Origin: Trueperaceae bacterium
GTDB taxonomy: Bacteria > Deinococcota > Deinococci > Deinococcales > Trueperaceae
NCBI GenBank assembly: GCA_034520945.1
Contig: JAXHNB010000010.1
Span: 128,001 to 192,000 of the forward strand
Direction of reading: 5' to 3'
DNA length: 64,000 nucleotides
Shown: positions 11,899 to 20,091 of the stretch, piece after piece
Numbering within the stretch: position 1 is the first letter of the stretch
Layout: every line of letters starts with the position of its first letter
Notes under the pieces: generated by a model
The model's database searches: none
What the model was told of the DNA's origin: nothing
What the model saw: the letters and a program-made list of their open reading frames with translations, nothing else
Made by a program: the position numbers and the translations under genes

Positions 11899-11929
11899 AG
11901 GCTACGGCTCCCCCGCGGGGGAGCGTCGA
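11899..11929 (-). promoter_or_regulatory. MerR-type promoter/operator
   Basis: TCGACG-19 nt-TAGCCT with the perfect 18-bp palindrome GCTCCCCCGCGGGGGAGC (11907-11924); ATG 6 nt after the -10. Confidence 0.7.
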
Positions 11930-11947
11930 GCGCCCGTGGCCCAGCGG

Positions 11948-12553
11948 TCAGTCCGCCCAGCCGTCCAAGTGCGCGTGATCGTTGATGGACACGAAGGTGA
12001 CGCCGCGTGCCTCGAAGCGCAGGCGCGAGATGCTGGTGTTCCTGGGCGCGATGCGCCACGCGCCGTCCTTGGGGTGCCCGAGGATGCCGTACAGGGCGCT
12101 CACGATGGCGCCGCCGTGGCTGAACGCCGCGAAACGGCCCTGCTCGGGCAGGTCGTGCAGGAAGGCACGCACCCGCCCGGCAAGATCGCCGAACGACTCG
12201 CCACCTGGAACGCGCCGCGCGACCGGATCCTCGCGCCAGTGCCGGGCCTGCGCGGCCAGCTCGTCGCTCAGGGCGTCCCAGCGCTGGCCTTCCAGCACGC
12301 CGTACGACAGCTCCCGGAGGCGCGCGTCGCACCGGATCGCCGCGCCCGGCAGCGCGGTCTCTGCGGTCACGCGGGCGCGCTCGAGGTCGGACGCGAACAC
12401 CTCGTCGAACGTCACCGATCCCAGGCGGCACGCCAACGACCGGGCCTGTGCCAACCCCGTCGCGTTCAGCGGCACGTCGGACGCGCCCTGGATCCGCCCG
12501 TTCAGGTTCCAGTCGGTCTCGCCGTGCCGAATCAACCACACCTCTCGCACCAT
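11948..12553 (-). CDS. Histidine phosphatase (phosphoglycerate mutase family)
   Basis: LIRHGETDWN, SDLERA, RLRE, GGES, SHGG. Confidence 0.93.
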   Translation of the reverse strand: MVREVWLIRHGETDWNLNGRIQGASDVPLNATGLAQARSLACRLGSVTFDEVFASDLERARVTAETALPGAAIRCDARLRELSYGVLEGQRWDALSDELAAQARHWREDPVARRVPGGESFGDLAGRVRAFLHDLPEQGRFAAFSHGGAIVSALYGILGHPKDGAWRIAPRNTSISRLRFEARGVTFVSINDHAHLDGWAD

Positions 12554-12719
12554 CGCTCCCGCGTGCAGCCCTGGCCCGCGACTGCGGCGGCATCCTACCG
12601 CACCCCCGCCGGGGCGCGCGGCCCGATCGGGGCCCGGTCAAGCCGCTTACATGATCGAGCTTGTCAGCTTCTTAGGGTGGGCGCATGTCTCGTCGTTCCC
12701 CGTCCCCCGCGACGCCGCC

Positions 12720-13553
12720 ATGAGCGGCGCCCCCGACCTCCGCGTGTTCGTGTCGGCCCAGGAGGCCCGCGCCCTGGCCGAGGCCGAGCCGGTCCAGTTC
12801 GTCGACGCCCGCAGCCCCCGCGCCTACCGCGAGGAACACCTGCCCGGCGCGATCAACCTGGCCGCTCGCGAGCTGAACCCCACCGAGGACGGGGTCCGGA
12901 CCCTCGTCACGGCGGAACGGTTGGCCGAGCGGCTCGCGGACCTCGGCCTCGGCGCGACCCCCGTGATCGTGTACGCCGCCGCGGGCGGCGCGGACGCCGC
13001 GCACGTGTGGTGGACGCTGGACGCCTTCGGCCATCGCGCCGTCCACCTCTTGGACGGCGGGATGCGGGCCTGGCGCGGGGCCAACCTGCCCGTCGAGGAC
13101 GGGACGCCGGCGGCGGCGCCGGAGGGACCACGCTTCGAGCCTCGTCTCGACGACGCCCGGCGCATCGAACTGCCCGAACTCCGGGACCGCCTGGAAGACG
13201 AGGATCTGCGGATCCTGGACACGCGCTCGTGGGACGAGTTCACCGGCTCGATGGTCGCGGCGCGACGCGGCGGCCACGTGCCCGGCGCCGAGCACCTCGA
13301 TTGGGAGGACCTGCTGGACCCCGAGGGCCGGCTGCGGCCCCGTGACGCACTCCAGCGCGCCCTGCGGCGCTACCTGGAGGCACCGGAGGTGGCGGTGTAC
13401 TGCCAGAGCGGCGTCCGCGCTGCGCACACCTGCGGCGTGCTGCGGGAGCTCGGCCACGCCGGCGCGCGGCTGTACCTGGGGTCGTGGGGCGAGTGGGGCA
13501 ACCGCTCCGACACGCCCGTCGTCACCGAAACCCCCGAGGAGGTGGGATCGTGA
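12720..13553 (+). CDS. Tandem-domain sulfurtransferase (rhodanese, SseA-like), cytoplasmic
   Basis: HLPGAIN, LLDGG, GGHVPGA, active-site YCQSGVRA, LYLGSWGEW. Confidence 0.92.
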   Translation: MSGAPDLRVFVSAQEARALAEAEPVQFVDARSPRAYREEHLPGAINLAARELNPTEDGVRTLVTAERLAERLADLGLGATPVIVYAAAGGADAAHVWWTLDAFGHRAVHLLDGGMRAWRGANLPVEDGTPAAAPEGPRFEPRLDDARRIELPELRDRLEDEDLRILDTRSWDEFTGSMVAARRGGHVPGAEHLDWEDLLDPEGRLRPRDALQRALRRYLEAPEVAVYCQSGVRAAHTCGVLRELGHAGARLYLGSWGEWGNRSDTPVVTETPEEVGS

Positions 13554-14740
13554 ATCGTCGCGAGTTCTTGAAGGTGTCCGCCGCCGGCGTGGCCTTGGCC
13601 AGTGTCGGCCCGTTGGGCCACGTCTGGGCGCAGGGCCAGGACGGTCGCCGCGACCTGATCGTGGTGTCCAACGGCGGCGACGCCGACACCGAACCGAGCG
13701 TCAGTTTGATCGACCCCGAGACCTTGCAGGTGCTGGCGACCCTTCCCCTTGCGGACGGGTTCTCGCTCCCAGCCACGCGGTGGCACTTCGCACGCGACGA
13801 AATCTGGACGGGCGGCCCCAACGACGCGGTCAGCGTCTACCGCCTCTCCAGCGGCGGCAAGGTCACCGAGCTGGTCACCGGCTCCAGCCAGAACTACACC
13901 GAGATCACGCCGGACGGCCGCTTCGTGATCGACGCGGCGCGCTTCGAGGATCGGTACCTCAAGATCGTCGCCGACCCCAATGATCCCGAGTATGGCCGCC
14001 CGGCCGCGCAGTTCGACACCTACGACGGCGCCAGCCCCTGCGACATGACCATGACCCGCGACGGCCGCTACGCCTACGTGCCCGACCGGGGCGGCGACAC
14101 CCTGTCGGTGCTGCGCATCGACCCGTTCGAGCGCATCGCCGTGATCCCCATGGAGTCGTTCACGGGCGCGCCGCTGGAGCCGTACATGGCGACGGTGTCG
14201 CCCGATGGGCACTACCTGCTGGTCGAGAACGCCAAGGTGGAGGGCGGCTCGGAGACCGGAAGCGAGTCGGTGTTCGACCTGTCCGACCCCGAAAACCCCG
14301 TCGAGGTCGCCCGTCTCACGCCCGAGGATGGGCTCGGCGTGGGGCCCATCACCAGCGAGTTCACCCCGGACGGCCGCTACGGCATCGTCATCTGCCGCGA
14401 CTCCTCGGAACTGTCGATCATCGAGCTAAAGACGGCGTCGGTGGTGCAGAGCGTGACCTTCCCCGAAGGGTCGAACCCGATCACCGGCACGTTCGCCTAC
14501 CGGCCGTCGGCCGAGACGTTCTTCGTCCCGCTGCCGGGCCGTGACGCGGTGGCGGCGGTGACGCTCCCCGACTTCCAGGTCGCCACTCTGATCCCGGTCG
14601 GCGCGCGTCCCGTCGGCGTGGTGTACCTGGAGGCGTCCGTGCCCGAGCGTAGCGAGGCGGGGCACCTCTTGGGCGTGGCGTTGGCGTCGGGCCGCACCTT
14701 CCCCGCGGGCTGCCCCGACCGTTGCTGCGGACCGGTGTGA
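13550..14740 (+). CDS. Tat-exported YncE/YVTN-like beta-propeller protein with Cys-rich C-terminus
   Basis: NRREFLK twin-Arg signal; repeated TPDGR/SPDGH blades; tail GCPDRCCGPV; GTGA overlap with the upstream gene. Confidence 0.8.
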   Translation: MNRREFLKVSAAGVALASVGPLGHVWAQGQDGRRDLIVVSNGGDADTEPSVSLIDPETLQVLATLPLADGFSLPATRWHFARDEIWTGGPNDAVSVYRLSSGGKVTELVTGSSQNYTEITPDGRFVIDAARFEDRYLKIVADPNDPEYGRPAAQFDTYDGASPCDMTMTRDGRYAYVPDRGGDTLSVLRIDPFERIAVIPMESFTGAPLEPYMATVSPDGHYLLVENAKVEGGSETGSESVFDLSDPENPVEVARLTPEDGLGVGPITSEFTPDGRYGIVICRDSSELSIIELKTASVVQSVTFPEGSNPITGTFAYRPSAETFFVPLPGRDAVAAVTLPDFQVATLIPVGARPVGVVYLEASVPERSEAGHLLGVALASGRTFPAGCPDRCCGPV

Positions 14741-15660
14741 GCACGGCCGGCGCGTCCCGCCGCGGCGCCGTGGCGCGGGGCGTCGAAGCGGTCCTGGCGG
14801 CGGCGTTGCTGGCGGCGGCCGGCCTGGGCCTGTACAGCGTGAACCGCCCCCTGCCGAACGCCGACGCGCTGCTGACCGACAGCGTGCCGGCGGGCGCCGT
14901 CGTGGTGGACGCCCGCGGCTCGCTGGCGTACCGCCAGGGACACCTGCCCGGCGCGCGCTCGGTGTGGTCGCGGTCGTTGCTCTCGTTCGACGGGGCGGTG
15001 CCCGGGATGCTGGCCGCGCCTGAGGCCCTGGCCGAGGAACTCCGTGCGGCCGGTCTGACGCCGAACGACCGGGTGGTCGTGTATGACGACGGCGACGGGC
15101 GCGATGCGCCGCTGGTGCTGTTGGTGTTGCGCGCCTTCGGCCTGGACGCGCGCCTCCTGGACGGCGGGCTGGAGGGCTGGCGCGCTGCGGGGGGTGCGCC
15201 CCAGAGCGGCGGGCCCGGAGAGGTGACGCCCAGCGACGCCCCCTTCACCTTCGACACGCAGCTGGTGGTGTCTGGCGATGAGGCGGCCGAGCACCTGGCC
15301 GACGACGCCATCGCGCCGGTCGACGTGCGCGCCGCGGGCGCGTACGGCGCCGAACACCTGGAAGGCGCCATACGGTTGGACGCCGAGGCCCTGCTTCCGG
15401 ACGGGTCGTTGCCACGCTTCTCCACGCTGGACGCGCAACTCCGGCAGGTCCGCCTGACCCGCGACACGCACCCGCTGATCTACGGCGCCGACGTGCGCCA
15501 GGCGGCGCGCGCGTGGCTGACCCTCGCCGCGTATGGGACCGAGCACCTGCACGTCTACCGCGGTCCCTTCGAGGGCCTGGCGCAGGCCGGCCTGCCCCTG
15601 TCCCGAACCGCGGCCGCCCAGGCGACCAGCACCCGGTCCAGCAGCGTATGTTGGCGCTGA
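14737..15660 (+). CDS. Membrane-anchored tandem rhodanese-like protein lacking canonical catalytic Cys
   Basis: N-terminal hydrophobic helix; GHLPGA, LLDGG, HLEGA. Active loops read YDDGDG and YGADVR. The only Cys is in the C-terminal SSVCWR. Confidence 0.8.
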   Translation: MSTAGASRRGAVARGVEAVLAAALLAAAGLGLYSVNRPLPNADALLTDSVPAGAVVVDARGSLAYRQGHLPGARSVWSRSLLSFDGAVPGMLAAPEALAEELRAAGLTPNDRVVVYDDGDGRDAPLVLLVLRAFGLDARLLDGGLEGWRAAGGAPQSGGPGEVTPSDAPFTFDTQLVVSGDEAAEHLADDAIAPVDVRAAGAYGAEHLEGAIRLDAEALLPDGSLPRFSTLDAQLRQVRLTRDTHPLIYGADVRQAARAWLTLAAYGTEHLHVYRGPFEGLAQAGLPLSRTAAAQATSTRSSSVCWR

Positions 15661-15733
15661 CGCTGGCACGGACCAGCGTCGGACGGCCTACGCCGGTGCG
15701 CGACCGGCCGTCCCTGTCGGGCGGGCGCGGCCG

Positions 15734-16759
15734 ATGCTGAGCGTGCTGGCCTCGGGCCTGGCGGTGGGGCTGGCGTTCGGCTACGCCCTGCAGCGCGGCC
15801 GCTTCTGCACCAACACCGGTTTCCGCGACGCGCTGTTGATCAACGACGGCACGTTGTTGCGGGCCTGGGCGTTGGCGGTGGTGGTGCAGCTGCTGGGCGT
15901 GACGGCATTGTCCGGCGCGGGCCTGCTGCCCGTGTCGGTGCCGCCGTTCTGGTGGGCCGCCAACGTGCTGGGCGGCGTCACGTTCGGTGTCGGCATGGTG
16001 CTGGCCGGCGGCTGCTCCAGCGGGACCTGCTACCGCGTCGGCGAGGGGCTGGCCGGGTCGCTGGTCGCGCTGATCGCGTTCGGCGTCGGGATCGTGGTGA
16101 TGGCGCGCGGCGCGCTGGCGCCGCTGCAGGACGCACTGCAAGGCTACGAGATCGGCGCCGAGGGCGGCTCGTTGACGGTGGCCAACCTGCTGGGCGTCTC
16201 GCCATGGGTGGTGGTGGTGCCGGTGACGATCGGCGCCGCCGTCTGGTTCTGGCGGGCCGGGGCCAGCCGCTACCGCAGCGGCGGCTGGGATTGGCGTGCC
16301 GCCGGCGCGTCCCTGGGCCTGATCGGCATCGCCGCCTGGTTGGCGTCCAGCGGCACGGGCCGCCCCTTCGGGCTGTCCATGACCGGCCCGCTACGGAGCT
16401 GGTTCGAGGGCCTGTTCGCGGGGGACCTGGTGGTGGACTGGGGCAGCATGCTGATCGTGGGCCTGCTGCTGGGCTCGTTCCTGTCCGCCTGGTCCAACGG
16501 CGAGCTCCGCTGGCGCGTCCCCAAGGGTGGGCGGCTGTTGCAGTCCGGCGTCGGTGGGCTGGCGATGGGGTTCGGCGCGCAACTGGCGGGCGGCTGCACC
16601 ATCGGGCACAGCCTCACCGGCCTGTCGGTGTTGTCGGTCGGCAGCATCGTCACCACCCTGGGCATCGTGGCCGGCGCGTGGGGCATGGCGACCTGGCTGT
16701 TCGTACTGCCCGCCCGCCGCATGCAGCGCGAGATGGCCGCGCCGGCCGCGACCGACTGA
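15734..16759 (+). CDS. yeeE: YeeE/YedE-family sulfur-compound (thiosulfate) transporter
   Basis: QRGRFC, GMVLAGGCSSG and LAGGCTIGH motifs; multi-TM. Confidence 0.92.
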   Translation: MLSVLASGLAVGLAFGYALQRGRFCTNTGFRDALLINDGTLLRAWALAVVVQLLGVTALSGAGLLPVSVPPFWWAANVLGGVTFGVGMVLAGGCSSGTCYRVGEGLAGSLVALIAFGVGIVVMARGALAPLQDALQGYEIGAEGGSLTVANLLGVSPWVVVVPVTIGAAVWFWRAGASRYRSGGWDWRAAGASLGLIGIAAWLASSGTGRPFGLSMTGPLRSWFEGLFAGDLVVDWGSMLIVGLLLGSFLSAWSNGELRWRVPKGGRLLQSGVGGLAMGFGAQLAGGCTIGHSLTGLSVLSVGSIVTTLGIVAGAWGMATWLFVLPARRMQREMAAPAATD

Positions 16760-16842
16760 CCCCGGCCCGTTGGCGTCACGACCGTGCGCAACGTGCGCGC
16801 ATCGCCGGCGGTCACGACCGTGCACCCCGACGAGGAGGCTTC

Positions 16843-17073
16843 ATGTCCGACACCACCACGCTCGACGTCCGCGGCGAGATCTGCCCCTACCCCCTGTTCG
16901 AAACCAAGAAGGAGCTCGAAGCGCTCCCCTCCGGCGCGACGCTGGAGGTGCTGATCGACTACCCCCTGGCGTTGGACAACGTGACGCGCTGGGCGGAGAG
17001 CGCCGGCCACGAGGTGACCCGCGTCGAGGAGCTCGGCGCCTCGGAGTGGCGGATCGTGCTGACGCGCGCATGA
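16843..17073 (+). CDS. TusA/YeeD-family sulfur carrier
   Basis: 76 aa, LDVRGEICPYP; GAGGAGG RBS. Confidence 0.92.
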   Translation: MSDTTTLDVRGEICPYPLFETKKELEALPSGATLEVLIDYPLALDNVTRWAESAGHEVTRVEELGASEWRIVLTRA

Positions 17074-17123
17074 CGCCTCGGGCCGGCGCTCGTCTCCCGG
17101 CGCTCGTCCCCAGGCGCGGCGAC

Positions 17124-18128
17124 TCACCCGGCGAACAGGTCGTCGCCGGTGATCGCCTTCGCCTTGCGGGCGTACGCCGTAGGGCGCTTGTGGAAGAAGT
17201 CGACGTGCTTGGCGGCGTGCAGCTCCTCCTCGAACCACAGGCACGCCCCGACCGCCTCCGGGTCGGGATTCCACATCGGCGCCGAGCCGACCGCCTCCAG
17301 GGCCGCGTCGAAGCGGTGCTGCAGGAACGCCTCGATCGTCGACACGGGCAGGAACGCCAATTCGCCCTCCGCGAAGATCCACGCCAGGATGGCGCGCTCC
17401 GCGTCGAAGCCCTGCCGGCATGCCTGGCGCACCTCTGCCTCGAAGGTGGCGTCGAACCAGTGGGGGCGTTCCTCGCGCAGGAGACGGATCAGTTGGTAGC
17501 CGAACAGGCCGTGAATCTGCTCCTCGGCGCTGGTGGCGTCGACCACGTTGGCGACGCCCTTGAACAGGTTCCGCTCGCGCTGGAACGCCTTCATGATCAA
17601 AAACTGCCCGAACAGGCTGACGTGCTCCACGAACGCGCTGAAGGTCAGCAGCGTCCGCGCGAAGGCGCGGCCATCGCGCTCCTCGTCGCCGGTCGGGCGG
17701 GTGGCGAGGGCGTTCTCTAGGAAGGCCAGGCGCGTCCGCATGGCGGGCACGCGGTCCAGGCCGGCGAAGGCGTCTTCCAGGCCGAGGAGGCGCAGCAGGT
17801 GCGCGTAGGCGTCCTGGTGCCGCACTTCGGACTCGGCGAAGGTGTAGCCGACGGCGCCCACTTCGGGTTTGGGGTAGCGCTTCATCAGGTCGCCCCAGAA
17901 CGTCTTGACCGCCACCTCCACCTGCGCGATGGCCAACATGGTGCGGGTGATGGCGGTTCGTTCCGGCGCGGAGACGCGGGCATGGAAGTCCTGCACGTCG
18001 CCTTCGAGATTGAACTCGGTGTGCAGCCAGTAGGCGTGCCTGATGGCGTCCCGGTACGGCAACAGTTCCGGGTACTCGACCGGCCGCAGTTGGACGCGTC
18101 GTTCCAGCAGCGATCGGGCGGCCGGCAT
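17124..18128 (-). CDS. nrdB: Ribonucleotide reductase beta subunit (class Id/NrdBi-like)
   Basis: AQVEVAVK, ESEVRHQDAY, FVEHVSLF, EEQIH, DFFHKRPTAY. Confidence 0.93.
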   Translation of the reverse strand: MPAARSLLERRVQLRPVEYPELLPYRDAIRHAYWLHTEFNLEGDVQDFHARVSAPERTAITRTMLAIAQVEVAVKTFWGDLMKRYPKPEVGAVGYTFAESEVRHQDAYAHLLRLLGLEDAFAGLDRVPAMRTRLAFLENALATRPTGDEERDGRAFARTLLTFSAFVEHVSLFGQFLIMKAFQRERNLFKGVANVVDATSAEEQIHGLFGYQLIRLLREERPHWFDATFEAEVRQACRQGFDAERAILAWIFAEGELAFLPVSTIEAFLQHRFDAALEAVGSAPMWNPDPEAVGACLWFEEELHAAKHVDFFHKRPTAYARKAKAITGDDLFAG

Positions 18129-19834
18129 CACGCCTCGCACGCGGAGCAGGTCAGCAGCTCGCGACTGAATTCCTGCGCCGCATTGAGCGAGTGCTGGTAG
18201 TACAACGTCTTCACGCCCCGTTCCCACGCCTCCAGGTGCAGGGCGTTCAGGTCGCGCGCCGGCGTGGCCGGATGCACCATCAGATTCAGCGACTGGCTCT
18301 GATCCAGGTGCTCCTGCCGCTGGGCGGCCTGCACGATCAGGTCCAGCTGGCTCACCTCGCCGAAGGTGGCGAAGACGCGCTTCTCCTCGTCGCTGAGGAC
18401 GTCCAGCTGCTGCACGCTGCCGCCGTGATGCAGGACGTCGCGCCACACCTTCGGCGTGTCGGCGCCCCGCTCCGCCAGGGTCTCCTGCAGGGCGGGATTG
18501 CGGAAGGTGGTGACCGACTTGGCGAGGTCGCGGACGTGGTAGTTGGAGCGGAACGGCTCGATGGATGGCGACACCTGGCCCATGATGAACGAGCTCGACG
18601 TGGTCGGGGCGACCGCCGTCAGGGTGGCGTTGCGACGGCCGTAGCCCTCCAGCAGCGCCGGCTCGCCGTAGCGGCGGGCCAGCTCGGCGGAGGCCTCCTC
18701 GGCCGCCGCGCGCAGGGTGCGAAACGCCTCGCGGTTCATCGCGGCGGCGGGGAGGCTCCCCAGCGGGATGCGGTGCGCCTGCAGGTAGCTGTGCCAGCCC
18801 AACACCCCGATGCCCAGGGCGCGGTGACGCTGCGCGAAGCGCCGGGCGCGCGCCAGGTGCGGCACCGAGGCGGACCGCTCGATGAACTCGCTCATCACCG
18901 CGTCCAGGAAGTAGGTGAGCAGCTGGACGGCGTCGGTGTCCTTCCACTCGTCGTAGTGGGCGAGGTTCATGCTGGACAGGTCGCACACGAACGACTCGTC
19001 CTCCTGGACGGGCAGCATGATCTCGCTGCACAGGTTGCTGGAGCGGATCTCCAGGCCGCGGTCGCGGTACACGTCGGGCGCGCCGCGCGCCGCGTTGCCG
19101 GCGAACAGGACGTAGGGCATGCCCACCTCGCTGCGGCACTGCAGGACCCGCGCCCAGGTGGCCCGCTTGTCCGGATCGCCGTCCCGCATGGCTCGAAGCC
19201 AGTCGTCGGGCACCACCACGCCGAAGAACAGGTTCTGGATGGGGTGCCCGTCGCTGCGGATCCGAAGGAACTCCTCGACGTCCGGATGGTCGATCGGCAG
19301 GTACGCCGCGAACGATCCCCGGCGGGTGGCGCCCTGCTTGGTGACGTCGATGAGCGCGTCGAACAGGCGCATGAAGGTGACGGCCCCTTCGGAGCAGCCG
19401 TTGTCGCGGATGGGTGCGCCGCGCCCGCGCAGGTCGCCGAAGTAGGCGCTGGTGCCTCCGCCGTACTTGCTCATCATGCCCACCTCGGCGGCGGTGCCCA
19501 GGATGCCGTCCATGCTGTCCGGCACGTAGGACCCGAAGCAGGAGATCGGCAGGCCGCGCCGCAACCCGAAGTTGGCCCAGATCGGCGAAGCCAGCGAGTA
19601 CCAGCCGCGCGCCAGGTAGTCGTAGAACCGCTCCGCGAAGCGGTCCATGCCGGGCAGCAGCGCTTCGGCGCGCTGGGCGATCTGCCATAGGCGCGCTTCG
19701 GGCGTGACGCCGGGCAGCAGGTAGCCGCGTTGCAGGAAGGTGCGGGCGTCGGCGTTCAGCCAGGCGAACGGGGGACGATCGGCGTGCTGCGGAACGCGTG
19801 ACGGCGCGTGGCTGCGTGCACGTGCGGAATACAT
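18128..19834 (-). CDS. nrdA: Ribonucleotide reductase alpha subunit, no ATP cone
   Basis: PISCF, SNLCSEI, VCDLSS, APTTSSS, KTLYY, C-terminal CSACEA; 568 aa. Confidence 0.95.
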   Translation of the reverse strand: MYSARARSHAPSRVPQHADRPPFAWLNADARTFLQRGYLLPGVTPEARLWQIAQRAEALLPGMDRFAERFYDYLARGWYSLASPIWANFGLRRGLPISCFGSYVPDSMDGILGTAAEVGMMSKYGGGTSAYFGDLRGRGAPIRDNGCSEGAVTFMRLFDALIDVTKQGATRRGSFAAYLPIDHPDVEEFLRIRSDGHPIQNLFFGVVVPDDWLRAMRDGDPDKRATWARVLQCRSEVGMPYVLFAGNAARGAPDVYRDRGLEIRSSNLCSEIMLPVQEDESFVCDLSSMNLAHYDEWKDTDAVQLLTYFLDAVMSEFIERSASVPHLARARRFAQRHRALGIGVLGWHSYLQAHRIPLGSLPAAAMNREAFRTLRAAAEEASAELARRYGEPALLEGYGRRNATLTAVAPTTSSSFIMGQVSPSIEPFRSNYHVRDLAKSVTTFRNPALQETLAERGADTPKVWRDVLHHGGSVQQLDVLSDEEKRVFATFGEVSQLDLIVQAAQRQEHLDQSQSLNLMVHPATPARDLNALHLEAWERGVKTLYYQHSLNAAQEFSRELLTCSACEA

Positions 19835-19879
19835 CGGTCACCACCTTCTGCCCTTCGACCGAGGGCGCGAGGAGCGGAA

Positions 19880-20005
19880 CCGTGCAGCGGGTACTCGGGC
19901 TCGACGCCAGGTGGCGCCTTACCGTTGCGGGACAGCGCCGGATTCGCACCGGCTTCCCCCGTCGTCCGTCGCGGACGCCCCTCCCTGCCAGGAGGGCGGC
20001 ACGGT
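19880..20005 (-). ncRNA. Cobalamin riboswitch
   Basis: Minus strand reads GGGAAGCCGGTGCGAATCCGGCGCTGTCCCGCAACGGTAA...GAGCCCGAGTACC (B12 box); in the 5' leader of nrdA. Confidence 0.93.
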
Positions 20006-20008
20006 CGT

Positions 20009-20055
20009 GACCTACCCCTAGTAGGTCTTGGGCGTGAGCCTACAACATATGGGGG
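20009..20055. promoter_or_regulatory. Tandem NrdR-box-like sites
   Basis: gacCTAccccTAGtag (20009) and ctaCAAcATaTgGggg (20040) fit acaCwAtATaTwGtgt and start 31 bp apart, upstream of nrdAB. Confidence 0.6.
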
Positions 20056-20091
20056 GCGTGGGGGCAACCCGTGACCGGTCGGCCGCGAGTA

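Noticed and set aside
15649..15683. Possible selenocysteine read-through: C-W-R-TGA (CxxU-like) followed by a hairpin GACGCTGG-CACGGA-CCAGCGTC
   Set aside because: Read-through would run far into yeeE out of frame, and the hairpin begins at the stop codon rather than at SECIS spacing. A normal stop is more likely.
17124..19949. 941-aa ORF suggesting an NrdB fusion
   Set aside because: The N-terminal ~600 aa is an Arg/Pro-rich off-frame reading of nrdA; the real nrdB starts at 18128.
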